Origin: Saccostrea cucullata | Taxonomy: Eukaryota | DNA: 64,000 nt | NCBI RefSeq assembly: GCF_032062105.1 | Contig: NW_026937503.1 | Span: 1-64,000, forward strand | Direction of reading: 5' to 3' | In this document: positions 27,435-40,799 of the stretch, piece after piece | Layout: every line of letters starts with the position of its first letter | Position numbering within the stretch: position 1 is the first letter of the stretch | The notes under the pieces: model-generated | Databases searched by the model: none | Told to the model about the DNA's origin: nothing | Seen by the model: the letters and a program-made list of their open reading frames with translations, nothing else | Made by a program: the position numbers and the translations under genes

Positions 27435-28280
27435 TCTAACGCGAGGTACGTCTTTGACAAATAAGTTGATGAATCAAGAATATCAGCGGTCTCGTTTTAT
27501 GTCATCATTTCATAAATTTTATCGTCCAAACATTGACCTTGTCAACAATACACATGCTATCATTAATAAATCAGAAATCCAATGCTGACGGACATTTTTT
27601 TATTGTGTTGCCATAATTTATACACTTAATTGGCGACTGATTTTCGTTAGGGTTTCCGATTATGACATTAGCACTTGGCGGGTGTGACCGGTCGGAAATG
27701 GATGCACATAAACCTCTTCAGAGGTTGAATTAGGCAACATGGAGGACCAGAGTACATAATCCCATCTCTGTTGTTTTTGAGGCCCGTGTTTCCTATGTTC
27801 CTGAATTGTATTGCCAAATGAACTTCTGACCATGATTACTGTTTATTATCATGACAGATTTCATTTATACTGCCATTTTCAATCAAAAATGAAAAAAAAA
27901 TCACCTATAAATATGGTAGTTATTTGAGATTTCTTTGCCATCACAGACCAAGGAAATGTAACTATGAAACATGTGGAGATAACGAACAGTATTCAAGGTC
28001 AAAAATCCATTAAACAATAGAAAATAGGAGTAGAGCAAAGGCGGCCCTCCAAAACATCAGAGGTGGGACCAGGTGTCATGGAGGAGTGAACATCCCCTAT
28101 CGACCGGTCACACCCGTCGTGTGCTCCTTGTCATGTTCGATAAAAAATGGACTAACAATTATTATGAAAAACTTCAAGAAGCATTTGACTGAATGATAAA
28201 TTGTTTTTGCTGACATATCATTGTATCGATAATTGAACTTACGAAATGATGACTTTAAACGATAGAGCTGAAAATATTGC
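27435..28280. mobile_element. Two Naiad 3' UTR fragments in opposite orientation (+27435-27860, -27970-28280)
   Basis: Family 3' motif on both strands. Confidence 0.75.
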
Positions 28281-29364
28281 ATACAGAAAACAATTTTTAT
28301 AATTTATCTTCTTCTTCTTTATGATAAAATATTGTTACCCTGCTTACTTTGACATGATGCAAATTAAATTTTGTAAAAATGCTTCATTTTCTACATTATT
28401 ATTATAGCTATAAAGTAGAGAAAAGGTAAGTTTTAATTGCTCATGATGCTATAAAATATTTAGCACCCAAAAGACAGTATAAACATGATCATGACAATAA
28501 GTTATACAGGTTATTTTGCAATGTTTTACATCTTTTGATTCAATTTTGATAATGATTTTAACATGGATAATAAACTTTCAGGTCTCTACCTCAATGATAT
28601 TTCACAATAATATTGAACTGTTCCTCAATCGCCCCATATCTCTATTTTGAAACACGATACAGTTGCGGTACATTAAGATTTGGACAATCAGTCACCTGCA
28701 ATTTCCAATGTCCTGCAAATGAAGTTAAGAAAACTTTGAGTAAAATTGACAGCCCTCTCACATCTACAAATACAGAGGTACTTGAAAAAATAGATAACAA
28801 ACAGTATTCAACAAATGTATATGTCCTTAAGCTCTAGAAGCTAAGGGAACTTTCTAATAGAAATATGTCTGTTGTGTATTGAGGTATTCATTGTGAGCAT
28901 TATTGTTTTTGTCATCTTTGTTAAGTTTTCTTTGTCAGTCCCATCGGGCAAATTTCAACCAACATGGCAAAAAGTTTTTTTTGAAAAAGGGGATTTAGTT
29001 ATTTTAAAATGTTTAAAGGAATGGAAACAACCCTTCCAAGTAGAAAATTACACTTTTGATTGGGCTCATTCCGACTAGATCCCTTCACAAAAGGGTAGTG
29101 ATCTAGATGGAACTGATCAAATATCTAATTCTGATTACATTGTTGTACCCTGACTTTGTTTCCATTGTCCTGGAGGGTTGGGTACTATAGTAGAATTACT
29201 ATGATGCAAAAATAACATTTGGCTTTTGAAAATCAGTATAGAAATCTAGGGCCATGATTAGAATGATATAAAATATATACAAGTGCATAATGAAGATTGT
29301 TCAAATCAACTCTGGTGAAAGTGTCCGATACAATATGGAGAACCAATTGCACTCCGTTATATGC

Positions 29365-29750
29365 AGGCCTATTTTAGTGTTCAAATGAAGCAGAATTTGT
29401 TAAAAATCTTATAGGTGAAGAGAAAAAAACAGTTGCCGTGAACGTCAACTCGACATTTTTTACTTAACAATGTTTTTGTCGATTCCTATGCAGATAAGAT
29501 ATATGCCAGAGAGCTTTAAATTAAAGATACCAAGAAGTCTATTTTATATTTTGATATTTTGTAAAAATGGACGTTAATGATGATCTAACAACCAAGCTAA
29601 TGATAAACGTGATGACTTTATGTTTTCACTTGTCAACTTCCCCTATCCATGCAGCAATATACCTTTATTACCTGTGTACCGGGTACATATGTCTCAGTTT
29701 ATTCTATATACAAAAGCAAACTCTGCGTATGGAGAATTTCTTAAAAGAAA
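29365..29750 (+). mobile_element. Old Naiad RT fragment
   Basis: Degenerate match to the 12720-13120 region (caaccaagcta..tgataaacgtgatgac). Confidence 0.6.
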
Positions 29751-29994
29751 CTAGTGCTAATTGTAACGGGAACCGTTACAGATGTTCCCCAAACGCTCCC
29801 CAACTCCCTTTTGGTGCCATATTTCCTCTAAGCTTCAATAAATAAGACATCTGTGCATATTTACTTTAACAACGTTTTCCCAGAAGGATACCAATTATAT
29901 TCAAATTTTAGAATTGCACGCGTGTGCATGTGAATGCATGTGCGTAATGACTATATCATTTTGTATACACTATCTATATATTTTAATATACTAT

Positions 29995-30153
29995 ATGTCA
30001 CAGTAGGTGTGCCACGATAAAGATCCCTCCCTGCTCAGTGGCCCTGAGTACCGAGCATAGGCCTAAATTTGCAGCCCTTCACCGGCAAAGGTGACGTCTC
30101 CATATCAGTGAAATATCCTTGAGAGGGACGTAAAACAGTATAAAATCAATCAA
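29995..30153 (+). mobile_element. Nin/Deu SINE 3' half
   Basis: Close match to 15408-15563. Confidence 0.75.
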
Positions 30154-31914
30154 TCCTATATATTTTTCAACCCAGTGAATAAACTTCTTGAAGAAATACT
30201 ATTATAGAAAGCACAAGTATTTTATTTCAGAAGATTCCCCCTTCCACAACAGCCCGGTTTTGAACACTGGATATATGAAGTTTGTCTCCTTACAGTACAG
30301 GAATAGCACACTAGAACAATAGGCTATCTAGACAAGTAAAAACCTGTTTTTGATGCCAATGGAATTTTCGCGGCTCCTCCCTACATTACACGGACATAGA
30401 AGTAAGATACATGGACGGAAGTAGATATCCTGATTTATTTGAAATTTGAAGAAATTTTGACATTCTCTCATTGGTTTTTAGAACTTTATTGAGAAGTTGA
30501 ACAATAGGTGTCATGTTCTAATTTTTGGATTGTAAATCGTAACGAAAGGATAAATGTGATGACTTTAACTTTTCTATCGTCAACTTACCTTACTTATGCA
30601 GCAATATACCTTCATCGCCTGCATACAGAGTTTATCTCCGTTGATTCGATACCCAAGGGCCTGCTCTACAACAATTTCTACAACGAGGTAGATTATTTAC
30701 AAACAAATTAATGAAACAAGAATAACAGCCGTCTCGTTTAAATAATGAGATTTATGTTTCTTAAAATAAATACTTCATTTTCTGGGTTAACTTCTTACTT
30801 TTTTCTAGAATCGCATTAAAAATTTCTGTTGGAAAGCTTTTTAATGATTTTGTTATTGTAATAATTAGCATCCATTATCACCACATTTCATTCCTTGTCA
30901 ACTTCTTCAATAACAATAATATAGGCATTTGATAATATTTTTTACCGTCATCTTCATCTTTTGTTAGATTACTTTTCTTATCTAATTCCATATTGTTGTC
31001 ACCAAGATGAATATTTTCTGAAGTATGACAAACGGTTTCTTGCCAATATAAGTTTCCATTTAACATGTACATATTTTAATACTTTTTGCCAATTCTATCG
31101 TCATTGTTATTAGAATAACAAGACGTCGGTGTATATTTAAGTCTTTTAGAAATTAATTTAATCTCCGCAATAAGGTTTATTTTAATTGTATGTTGTAATG
31201 ATTTGTAAGTCTGAAGCGTTCATCTTGATTTGCCTGCACTTAACACATTATGAGATATCTTTCTTCCAATGCAGGATGTTTCAAAAAAAAAACCCAACAT
31301 TTTTCTTGAAATTGGTATGTCAAGGAATGTAATGTAAAGGATTTAAAACTTAAATACTGTTCAAAATCTCCATATAATATTTCATGCAGTAGCAGATCTA
31401 GAATCTTTTAAGAGGAGGGGGTGAAGAAGAAAAGATTAATTACAATGTATCTTTTACAAATAGATACGTACATATAATTAAATAATTAAAAAGGATACAG
31501 GATTAAGTATGGTTTTCAATCGTTGGAGGTTGATCAACCTGGGCAAAAATACTTGTATGGATTTAACACCCTTACATTAACCCTGAAAAAATAAAGGGTT
31601 TTGTATCTCTGAACTGGAAATTCTATTTCGTAAATGGGTTGAGGTTTATGAATTTTATGATATATTACAACATTAATCGCCCTTCACTGAACATTTTCGA
31701 AAGTTAAAACACAATATAAATTTGGGACTCTCTTCCTTCTCTCTCTTTTTCGCAAATCCAAATGAGAGGTTGCTACCCCCATTCCCCCCCCCTCTGGATC
31801 CGCCACTGTCATGAATAGAAAACAGACTATAGTTTCTGGTGACATTTGATTGGTTTAAAAAAAAACTGCGTCATTATACTCTTATAAAGGCAACTGGCGT
31901 CTTCTTCACATCAT

Positions 31915-33373
31915 ATGATCGGAGGCACACAAAAGACATCATGTAACTATATAGTATTTAATATATTAAAACGGGCTAAGCCCGGTGATTTAATAGAAAT
32001 ATATAGATTTTTTTATAAACATTGGGCTGTCTACATTGGTGAGTATATATGTATATATATATTATTTTAAATATGATGTGACTTACGGCCTGCAGTAAAA
32101 TAAAATCAAGTGTTTAACTTTATTCTACTTTTTACATGTTACTAATCACTGATCTGTGTACCTTAATGGAATACTACTATGAACAAAAATGGAAGCGTAC
32201 TTTGGAAGATATAGATTTTTCATTTGAGTAGGGGTATCATATTTATATCAAATACCCATAAATTTTTTGCCACGCCCCACTCTCTGAAGATTGAACTCAA
32301 CTGCGCTCACGTGTTATATTTTAAACATTCATTTGATAGAATCTAGCTGGCTTTTCCCATTATGAACACATTTACAAATTGATCTAGAAATATACATAAA
32401 GTTTTGTAAAACGTTTGGTGGGCAATTAGATAGGATAATAGACATAGGTGAACCGCCCTGTATTTTTTTATACAGTAGAAAATGAGTTTTATGAATGACT
32501 TCACATTCATGTGACATGACAATTCGTTTATTTAACAGCAAATCAAATTTTACGAGGATAATCAGTTTGAATAAAGTAATAAGGTTACAAGTTAAGTTGA
32601 CGAAGTTACCAATCATTAAACAATGCACTTTGCGCCACAGCGAGTTAATTTAGAGGATGATGCAATAGAAGGTCAGTAAGTAGGACAATGAAGACAAGCA
32701 TACTCAAAGCTTTTCGGGTGGCTGGTACCTTGCACACTTACCTCAGTTGGTATGCTCTACACAAACCTCAATTTATCGCAGGGTCTGAAAAAGAAGACGC
32801 AATTGCAAATAACCATAGCGCTTTTTGACCAATCGTTAAATATAATAATAATTTTGCTTTAAAACACAATCTAACCAGAGAGAAAGCCTCTGACTAACAA
32901 TTCCATCATTATATACTCAACAAAAAAAGAAACGCATATTCAGAAGAATATGAAAATCTAAGTTTTCAGTTTAAACCTTATTTTATTTTAGCGATTCTAG
33001 CTTGTGTTCTGATAAAAAATCAAACATGTCCTATGTTGGAAATTGAAAAGTCAAATTGATATCATTTTCATCGCCCCAAAATTCAAGGGACACAACAATA
33101 TGTACTGTGCGACGTCTCAATGCTAGTGGGTTTCCAATGTACGGATATCGTGGAGGAATACCATCTCTTTTCAGTCTCTTGCGAACAATTTATGCACTTT
33201 TATGCTGATTTTTTCCAGCAACTGTAGCAGCAGTTTTTACAGCAAGTTCTGAATAGCATGAGGTGGTGAAGGGGGTGAGTGTGTCTGATGGTCCTGCCTG
33301 GTTGTGGTTACCTGCGGATGGCCAGATAACGGTCTTCAGACGACGTTAGTTAAACGGTTGCAAAGCCCATTGA

Positions 33374-33408
<35 letters not shown>

Positions 33409-36400
33409 CTACTGATTCTGTTGGTAAAGATTATTATTCTTTTTTTTTCTGCTTCCTAGACCGCAACTTTGAGGCCTCATATCTCGCTCATTTCTCAACG
33501 GATTTCTCTCAAATTTTCAGACGTTATAGACGTTAATAAATTCTATCAGAATTCTGTCTAAAATTTCAAAAAGCCACTTCCGGTTTTGAGTTATTTCCCT
33601 TTAAAGGAAAATTTATATGCTTTCGTTTCCAGACAAAGGCTCAGAGACGGCTAAAGCTGGAGCAGAAATTCTACTGATTTTAGATAAAAGAAGGATTGAA
33701 GTTGTGCACATCGGTTTTTGTTTTTTGATTTCTCTATTCAAAATGGCGCTTTATAGGGGTCAAAAATTAGAACGCTTAAAAGAACCAAAAATTACTCATA
33801 TTTTTCTTTTAATCTTCTAAACTAAAAATATTTTTTTAAAATATATAGAACATTATTTGTGTAGAATTAGAAGATCTTTCAAATGATATGTCAGAAATAG
33901 GGCTGACCCCTAAATTAAGGGACCTAGAGGGGCCAAAAGTTTTTTCCAGATATTTCAAAAAGTATTGAGAATTTGTTATGCATCAAAGAAGCAAAGTTGT
34001 TCAAAATATCAAGCTTCCTCTTATGGGATCGTCAAAATACGTCCGGCGACGTCACTTCCGGGCGAACCGGAAGTAGTCAGAAAATGCATATTTTTGCCGT
34101 TTTTGACAGGTTTTTGGGTAACATGTCTCACTAGAAGCTTAAATATTAATTATCCGTCCGTCGTCGTCACTTCCCGTCAAACCGGAAGTACCAAAGAATG
34201 GCTTTAGTTTGCTATACTTAACATAGATTTAGAGGATTAACCCATTTTTGGACTTCATTACTTTTTTGTTCAAAATGAAAGTTACTTCCGGTCAAACAGG
34301 ACGGAAGACCTACTCGTTGCGCAACGAGCTCGGCTCTAGTTCTAAATACAGTTGCAACTTCCTGTTGCGTATCTCCGTTTAGTATCATCGTTAGCCTGGT
34401 TGTGTTCATCTTTGTTTCGGCGTGGCATTGCAGCATCAACACTGCAATTAAATCTTACATATGGGTTTATAAGAAGTGTTAATAGTTTCTCTTAATCCAA
34501 AATTTCAACGAAAATAGACATCCGATTTAGAAGAAATCACGAAAAACACTACTTTCATAAACATGTTTAATCAAGGGAGATAATTCAACACTTGAGTTTT
34601 AAAACCCCATGTTTTCCTTTTAATAGGTCACAGGTATCCAATGATATAAAAAATAGTTGTTCCGTGTACATTTTAAAAATTTCTTTGACGAGTAAAACAA
34701 TATGCGTTTCTTTTTTTGTTGAGTATATATTATTAGCTAACCTTCTATATAAATTGTAATTAAGCATTTTGAACTGTTTCATGATTCATTTTATGTTTTT
34801 GCGTGATTATGAAACAGTCGAACTGTTGACCGGGCCACAGAATGAACTGTTGCCTGGTTAAAGCGTCATCGTGATATTCAAGCGTTTTGATGATTACACA
34901 TCACTATTTACCTGCTATATAATTAACTAAATTGGAATAAAACACACAATCAATTTATCAATTATTAATTAAAATTATCAAATATTGATTTAATCTTTAC
35001 ATTCTGTGTTCAGCTAATTAATAGACTGGTATGTGGATAAACAGTTTTTAAAACTCTTAATTGATTGTTTGTGTGTTTTATTCTAATTTAGTTAATTATA
35101 TCGTAGGTCAGGTAATAAAACACCTAACTAGTTTGCCTGTTTACCTCTTAGTCATTAAATAAGTGTACACTGTTGAGTTCAACACGACATTTGAAGCTCG
35201 GTGTTTAGTATAGAATTAGTAGCACCTGTATTGTATTATGTAATAATGACGACTGTGCTCTTTTTAGAAGAAAATTGTTATTCAAATTTTACAAACATTT
35301 AACAGGAAATGGTGATGTAGTTCATCATGGTGGAAAGACTAGGAAATTTTTTCCATTATCCATTAAAAAGGCAGAGGAGGGCATTGTCAAAACAGAAAAG
35401 TTACTTGATGTTTGCAAACACTCAATTGCAATCATCAACAATGACAAGGACAAGATATTGACGTAATGCATATTGATAAGTAAAAATATTTTTTACACAA
35501 AACAAGGGTGTTGGGAAATATTTGTAACTTCCAGTTTAATTTGTTGTTTTTCAGAAGTTATCGTCCTGTGTTTATCTATTCACAAAAACATTTTAAAGTA
35601 ATATACGCCGTATGGATGCCGATTTGTATGTGAAACAAAATGATTGAATGATTTGAAACACATAAAAATAATGAAAAAATAATATTTCCACAAACTATAA
35701 CTATAAAACTCGTTGTAATAACAGAACAATAAAACAATATCTGCAATCAAGAATTCAGTCTTTTCATGAATATTGATAAAGGAAGTGCGTAAACAGTAGG
35801 TCTAAATATAGACACGTATGTCCACGGGAAATATTATAGACAACGAGGCACGTTGCATTTTGACATCGATTATTAATAAAAGGTTAATATGCGTCATAAC
35901 AGAGTATAGATTTTTGAAACTGATTACATTTAAAGATAAGTTATATTAATAATAACACGCCATCCATGTCAAAAGTGAGTTGTATCTCAAAGGGCTTACC
36001 TCGTTTTCTTGACGACGTGTTTGTTTATCAATCTAAAAGTAGCGACGGCGTCACGTGGTGGATTTACTTAAAAATAGACATTATTCCCCTTGCAGGATAA
36101 TAAATAATTATAATTTGATAACTTTATAACGAATTTTATTTAAATGGTGTAATTTACAGCATTTTCGTAACTTTTATTGGTAAACAAAATATATAAATTT
36201 CCAGCCGTATTTTAAAATGGCGCACGTTATAGCGTATATTACTTTAATGTATGGGCAAAAATATTTTAGAAAGAGTGAATATATTTCAAAGAATTAAGAA
36301 TGACTCTTAATTTATTTGTTTTGCAAGCTCAAAATCTTGTGTTTTAAGTTTTATGCATATGAAAAAAATTGAATGAATTTTTTTTATTGTAGACCACTTC

Positions 36401-36522
36401 CAAGAAACGATATAGTTAAGCTAGCGCTAGAGAATGTGGGTAAACCTGGATACAATCTACTGACGAACAATTGCGAACACTTCGCATCGTACTGTAGATA
36501 CGGCGTAAAAGTATCAAACCAG
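31915..36522 (+). CDS. PLAAT/LRAT-like gene, copy 2; exons 31915-32038, 35306-35462, 36393-36522; probable degenerate last exon ~39620-39745
   Basis: KPGDLIEIYRFFYKHWAVYIG, NGDVVHHGG, YNLLTNNCEHFASYCRYG give the His/His/Cys triad; GT-AG phases consistent; start codon tentative. Confidence 0.85.
32914..34725 (-). mobile_element. Internally deleted Tc1 element in PLAAT copy-2 intron 1
   Basis: TIRs tactcaacaaaaaaagaaacgcatatt and aatatgcgtttcttttttgttgagta with TA flanks; MPRRNKDEHNQ..SGHPQVTT relic similar to the 26196 transposase. Confidence 0.75.
33378..34340 (+). mobile_element. HINE/Helentron-like non-autonomous element nested in the Tc1 relic
   Basis: 5' ggtcttccgtttccaacggaagacc inverted repeat, 3' subterminal ggacggaagacc plus hairpin ctcgttgcgcaacgag; T-rich insertion site. 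Confidence 0.7.
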
Positions 36523-37059
36523 GTATCAAATTATCTTATCAGGTATTTTTTATACACTTATATTCAAAATGTTTTTCATTCCAAACTTTGATGTTTTGGA
36601 GGTCCGTATTTGCTATGTTCTTATTTTTTTTAATGATATATGATATTGCTTATTGTTCGTTATTTCCATTTACTTTATTCAGTTTCGTAATCATAGTTGA
36701 AATAAGTTTTACTTGAAAATCAATACAGTCCTTGTAATTATTTCAATTTCTCACATGTACAGTTGAATGTTAACAGGTTCTGTAGGAATGGTATAAGAAA
36801 CCATCACAAAAAATACTACATTCTTGTACTACGGGTAAATAGTTCCTGTAAAATTTAGATTTTAAATTAAAATTTATTTGTGTAAAATTTGTGCTCTATT
36901 CATCGTAGAGTGAAAAAGCATGGATTCTTTTAAATGCAAGTATGCAATAATTCTTTGGAAACAAAACAAAATCTCCTCTTCTGCACATCTAAATGGCAAA
37001 CAAAGTACGTGTACGTAATTGTAAAATAAAAGCATTTTGATAATATAGTGAAAATACAT

Positions 37060-39372
37060 TAATTCTTTAAGAATCTTCTTCTCTACTCCTGGGTATTAAA
37101 TAAACTAACTAAGGACATAGTCATGATGAGCAAGAACACTTCTTCCAGAACAGTAAATTTTATGCCTCCAGGGTCAGAAGTTCTTGTGGTAGGGCGGGGC
37201 TCTATAGATTATATATTTAAGATACATACAATGTTTTTGAAAATTTTTTTCTATGCTCCTTGGTATTAAGCAAATGAGTTACCTGTATAAGTTATGATGA
37301 GCAAAGTTCTTTGTCCAGAATTGTGAATTTCAAGCCCCCCTGGGGTAGGGGTACCATAGATGGTGGGGGCTCTACTTATATACTGGATATGAATCAATCG
37401 TTTAAAATTTGTTCCGTGGTATTAATCAAACAATTTTATAAGGAAGCACGCCTTTTTAAAAGTTGTGCTATGTGAGGACGTGAAGCAAGGGTTTCATGTG
37501 TGGTACATGTAGGGACACAACTTATTATTGCTGACTATTACTAATTAGTTGAAATGCATTTTTGTTCCCTTGCTTTGCCTTTGAGTATTGAGTAACAAAA
37601 TTGGAAAGCTGTTGCATGATGCTCAGGTGAGCTATAAGAACCCAGGGCTTCTTGTTGTAATCAGTATTTTTTGGAAAAGTAGCCAAAACAGAGCCCTGGG
37701 ATTAGGGCGGAAGTTAATGCTATCTTTAACTTTTCTTCTTTTTTCACGAGGCACAAGCCTAATAATTTTCCCGATATGTGGAATATGTAGAATACTATAG
37801 GAAACGTAACTACAATATGCTTGTGCTCCCTCAATAAAAACCCCAACTCAAAATATTTGGCTGTGCCCCCTTACCCCCCCCCCCCCCCCGAACTGAAATA
37901 GATTCCTACATTACTGTTTCCTTTTCACCAAGTAGTGTAGTGAAAATTTCAGAATGATTATGATTGTAATAAGGGTTAACCCTCTATAAAAGAAATTTTT
38001 CATTTAAGAAATACTAGTTCAGTCCAGACATCTTATTATTTGTTTTCAACTAATTTCATTCATTAAAAGGTGGGGTCGCCTCTTCCGGATATGCAGAGTA
38101 ATAAAATGTATATGCTAAAGCAAATCAAAAAGATTTGATAACATATTCTTTCAAAAGTGTACAGAAGATTATTTTTCATAACATATATATGTTACATTGC
38201 AATAATGATTTTATGAGAAAATTTTTAACCCCGAGACCTCATGATTTTTTTTGTTTTACTATCTGTTTTCATCCGTAGTCGTCGTCGCGTGTTTACTTTT
38301 AAACATTTTCAGCTTCTTCTCTGCGACCGCTCAGCCAAATCGAATTAATTTTGGCATAAACCGTCTATGGGTAAAGGAGAAAAAAAATTGACGAATTCCA
38401 TGGGCCCTTGCCTCCCTGGGACCTGAGAGGTGCCACTAAAATTAATTCAATCTGTAAAAATCTTCTTCATTACTCCTTATATCTAGCAGTCAAGGTGTTT
38501 GGCATGCAGGGGTTTTAGTGCTAGGGCGGAGCTAAATAGATTATTTAATAAAAATGCTTTTTTTTCTTTAAAAATCTTCTTCTCTACTCCGTAGCGTTAA
38601 ATAACCTAACCAAGTACATGATCATGTGGAATAAGACTGCCTCTTCCACCATTGTTAATTGACCCTGGTTTATGGTTTGTATAGTGCTAGGGCGGGACAA
38701 TATAAATTATATTGCATTATTTCTGTGAAAATCTTCTCTTCTTCTAGGTATTATATTCACTTACTCAAAAGTTAGGGACCATCACTCTTTTTCTTGAAAA
38801 TTCTTTAAACATTTCATTAACTCATACCTATCCAATTAAATATTTTAATTTTCGATTATTTTATTTTTTGATTATATATATAAAAATGCATGAATTATTT
38901 GGAAATCTTTTTCTTCAATCCTGGGTATTATGCCAATGATGTACAAACAAGTACATATTTATGAAGAAGATATGTGCTCTTTCCAAAACGGTTAATGTTA
39001 TAGCCCCTTGAAGGGTACTGTGGGTGGTCATAAAGTCTGAAATTGAATTAATGCTTTGAAGTCTTTGAAGTGGTATAAATGAACCATCTATGATGAAATA
39101 AAATTTATGATAAATTTGCCAAAATATTGAAATATTTGGACTTAGGTCAGTGGTGCACAACCCGGTATAAAAAGAATGGATTTCCTCTTTGTTAGTCACA
39201 TCTACCTCTAGGTATTAAGTAACTAACGTAAGCATGCTTAGTTTATAGTTATGACAAGTTGTGGTACCTCTTTCAAAATTGTAAATTCCATGGCCTCTTT
39301 GAAACACGAACCAAATTCTATTGTTGGAAACATATAACTCGGGGTAACTCATAAAGCACATCGGTCTCTTGT
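37060..39372 (+). mobile_element. Degraded HINE-like elements with satellite-like internal units (~37060-37650, ~38222-39372)
   Basis: Recurrent aaaatcttcttctctactcc and tagggcgg units; (GTC)n 5' tract at 38275. Confidence 0.5.
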
Positions 39373-40799
39373 TAATATCAAAATTAAAGTACCATTAAGT
39401 AAATCTGAAAAATAAAATGATTGGTTCATGCCTCACGCAGCTATAGCCCCCCATACCAACGGAGCGCTTGATAAATCAAATGCAAACAGCCGATCACATA
39501 TGCATGTATATATTTGGGTTTTATATTGTCAAAACATTTTACCAAAAACTCCTTTAACAGTTACATTGACAACCTTCCACTTATTTTCACTTGTGTATAT
39601 ATGTTTAAAATTTCCTATGTATTTAAACAAAACTCACTACCCTACGTACGTGCGGCTTTGCTATGACATGCCTTTTTACCTATTGGTTTTACAAGAAAAA
39701 GAAAAGAGGGACAGAAGAAGCCTTTTACTTTGAGAATGACTTTAGTTTAAATACCATCCGTTTTTTTCAATACAAGGACGGATGGGAATTTCAAGAATAT
39801 TCCTAGAAATTTATTGAATTGATATAATGATTTATATAATGATATAATGATTGAATAATATAACTAAAATGAATTAATTAAGAATTGTCTAGAATATGTA
39901 AGAATTTGATGACCTAGAATATTATAGAAATTGTCTGTAAAACATACAACAGACTGTATTTGAACTCAAAGAAAAAAAAGAAATTTCCTTTATACAAGTT
40001 GTATATAAGGCAGAGTATTTTGAAAAAAAATAAAAAGATGTTCACTTGATAGCATTTAAATTTATATATAATAAAAAATATTTCTTTTATACTTAAAGTA
40101 TATAAGGAATTGTATCTGAAAAAAAATGCCAATTTTTTTCAGTTGTAGCATATAAGGGAGAATATTTAATATAATGCAAAAAAAAGTTCCTTTATAATAT
40201 ATGTCGGAACGTTTTTTAAAATCAAACAAAAAATTGAGGAAGAGTATTTGAAAAAATACAGAAAAGAAAACATTGAGTGGTACTGCAATTGTTTATGTTG
40301 AAAATTTGTCATTTGCATTAATTGCCAATTAAACAACTGAATTTTTTTTCTTGTGATTGTGTTTTTTTCCACATACAAATGTTGCTTGATTCATAACTCT
40401 GGATCGGAATGTCACTGGTTTGGAATGTAGCTCGATTTCGGAATGGTTCGTATTGAGTACTTAGTAGGGCTCATGAACACTCCGCTCAAAACTGTTTACT
40501 TGTGGAGCATTAGGATATAGTGAGCAGTTACAGTAGCGTGAAGTTTTTTTCCCAGTGGCGTTCATTTACCTCCAGATTTTTCTAGCATGAAAGAATAATC
40601 AGAAAGGAATTTAGAAATTCACACACTTCTCCTAGGCCCAATCTGGCCCAGTGAGTTTAAAATCTTCTAATAAAAGTTTTGTAGGTAAACTTTTAATATT
40701 TGAATATATTAACATGTATTTGTATAGGAAAGACTTCATGAAAGACAGTTTAGACATTAAATCAGCAATTATCCCCTTTAAAGAAGTACAATGCAGGAT

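Noticed and set aside
30870-31240. AT-rich ORF-like segment on the minus strand
   Set aside because: Multiple stops and no recognisable motif; cannot be assigned
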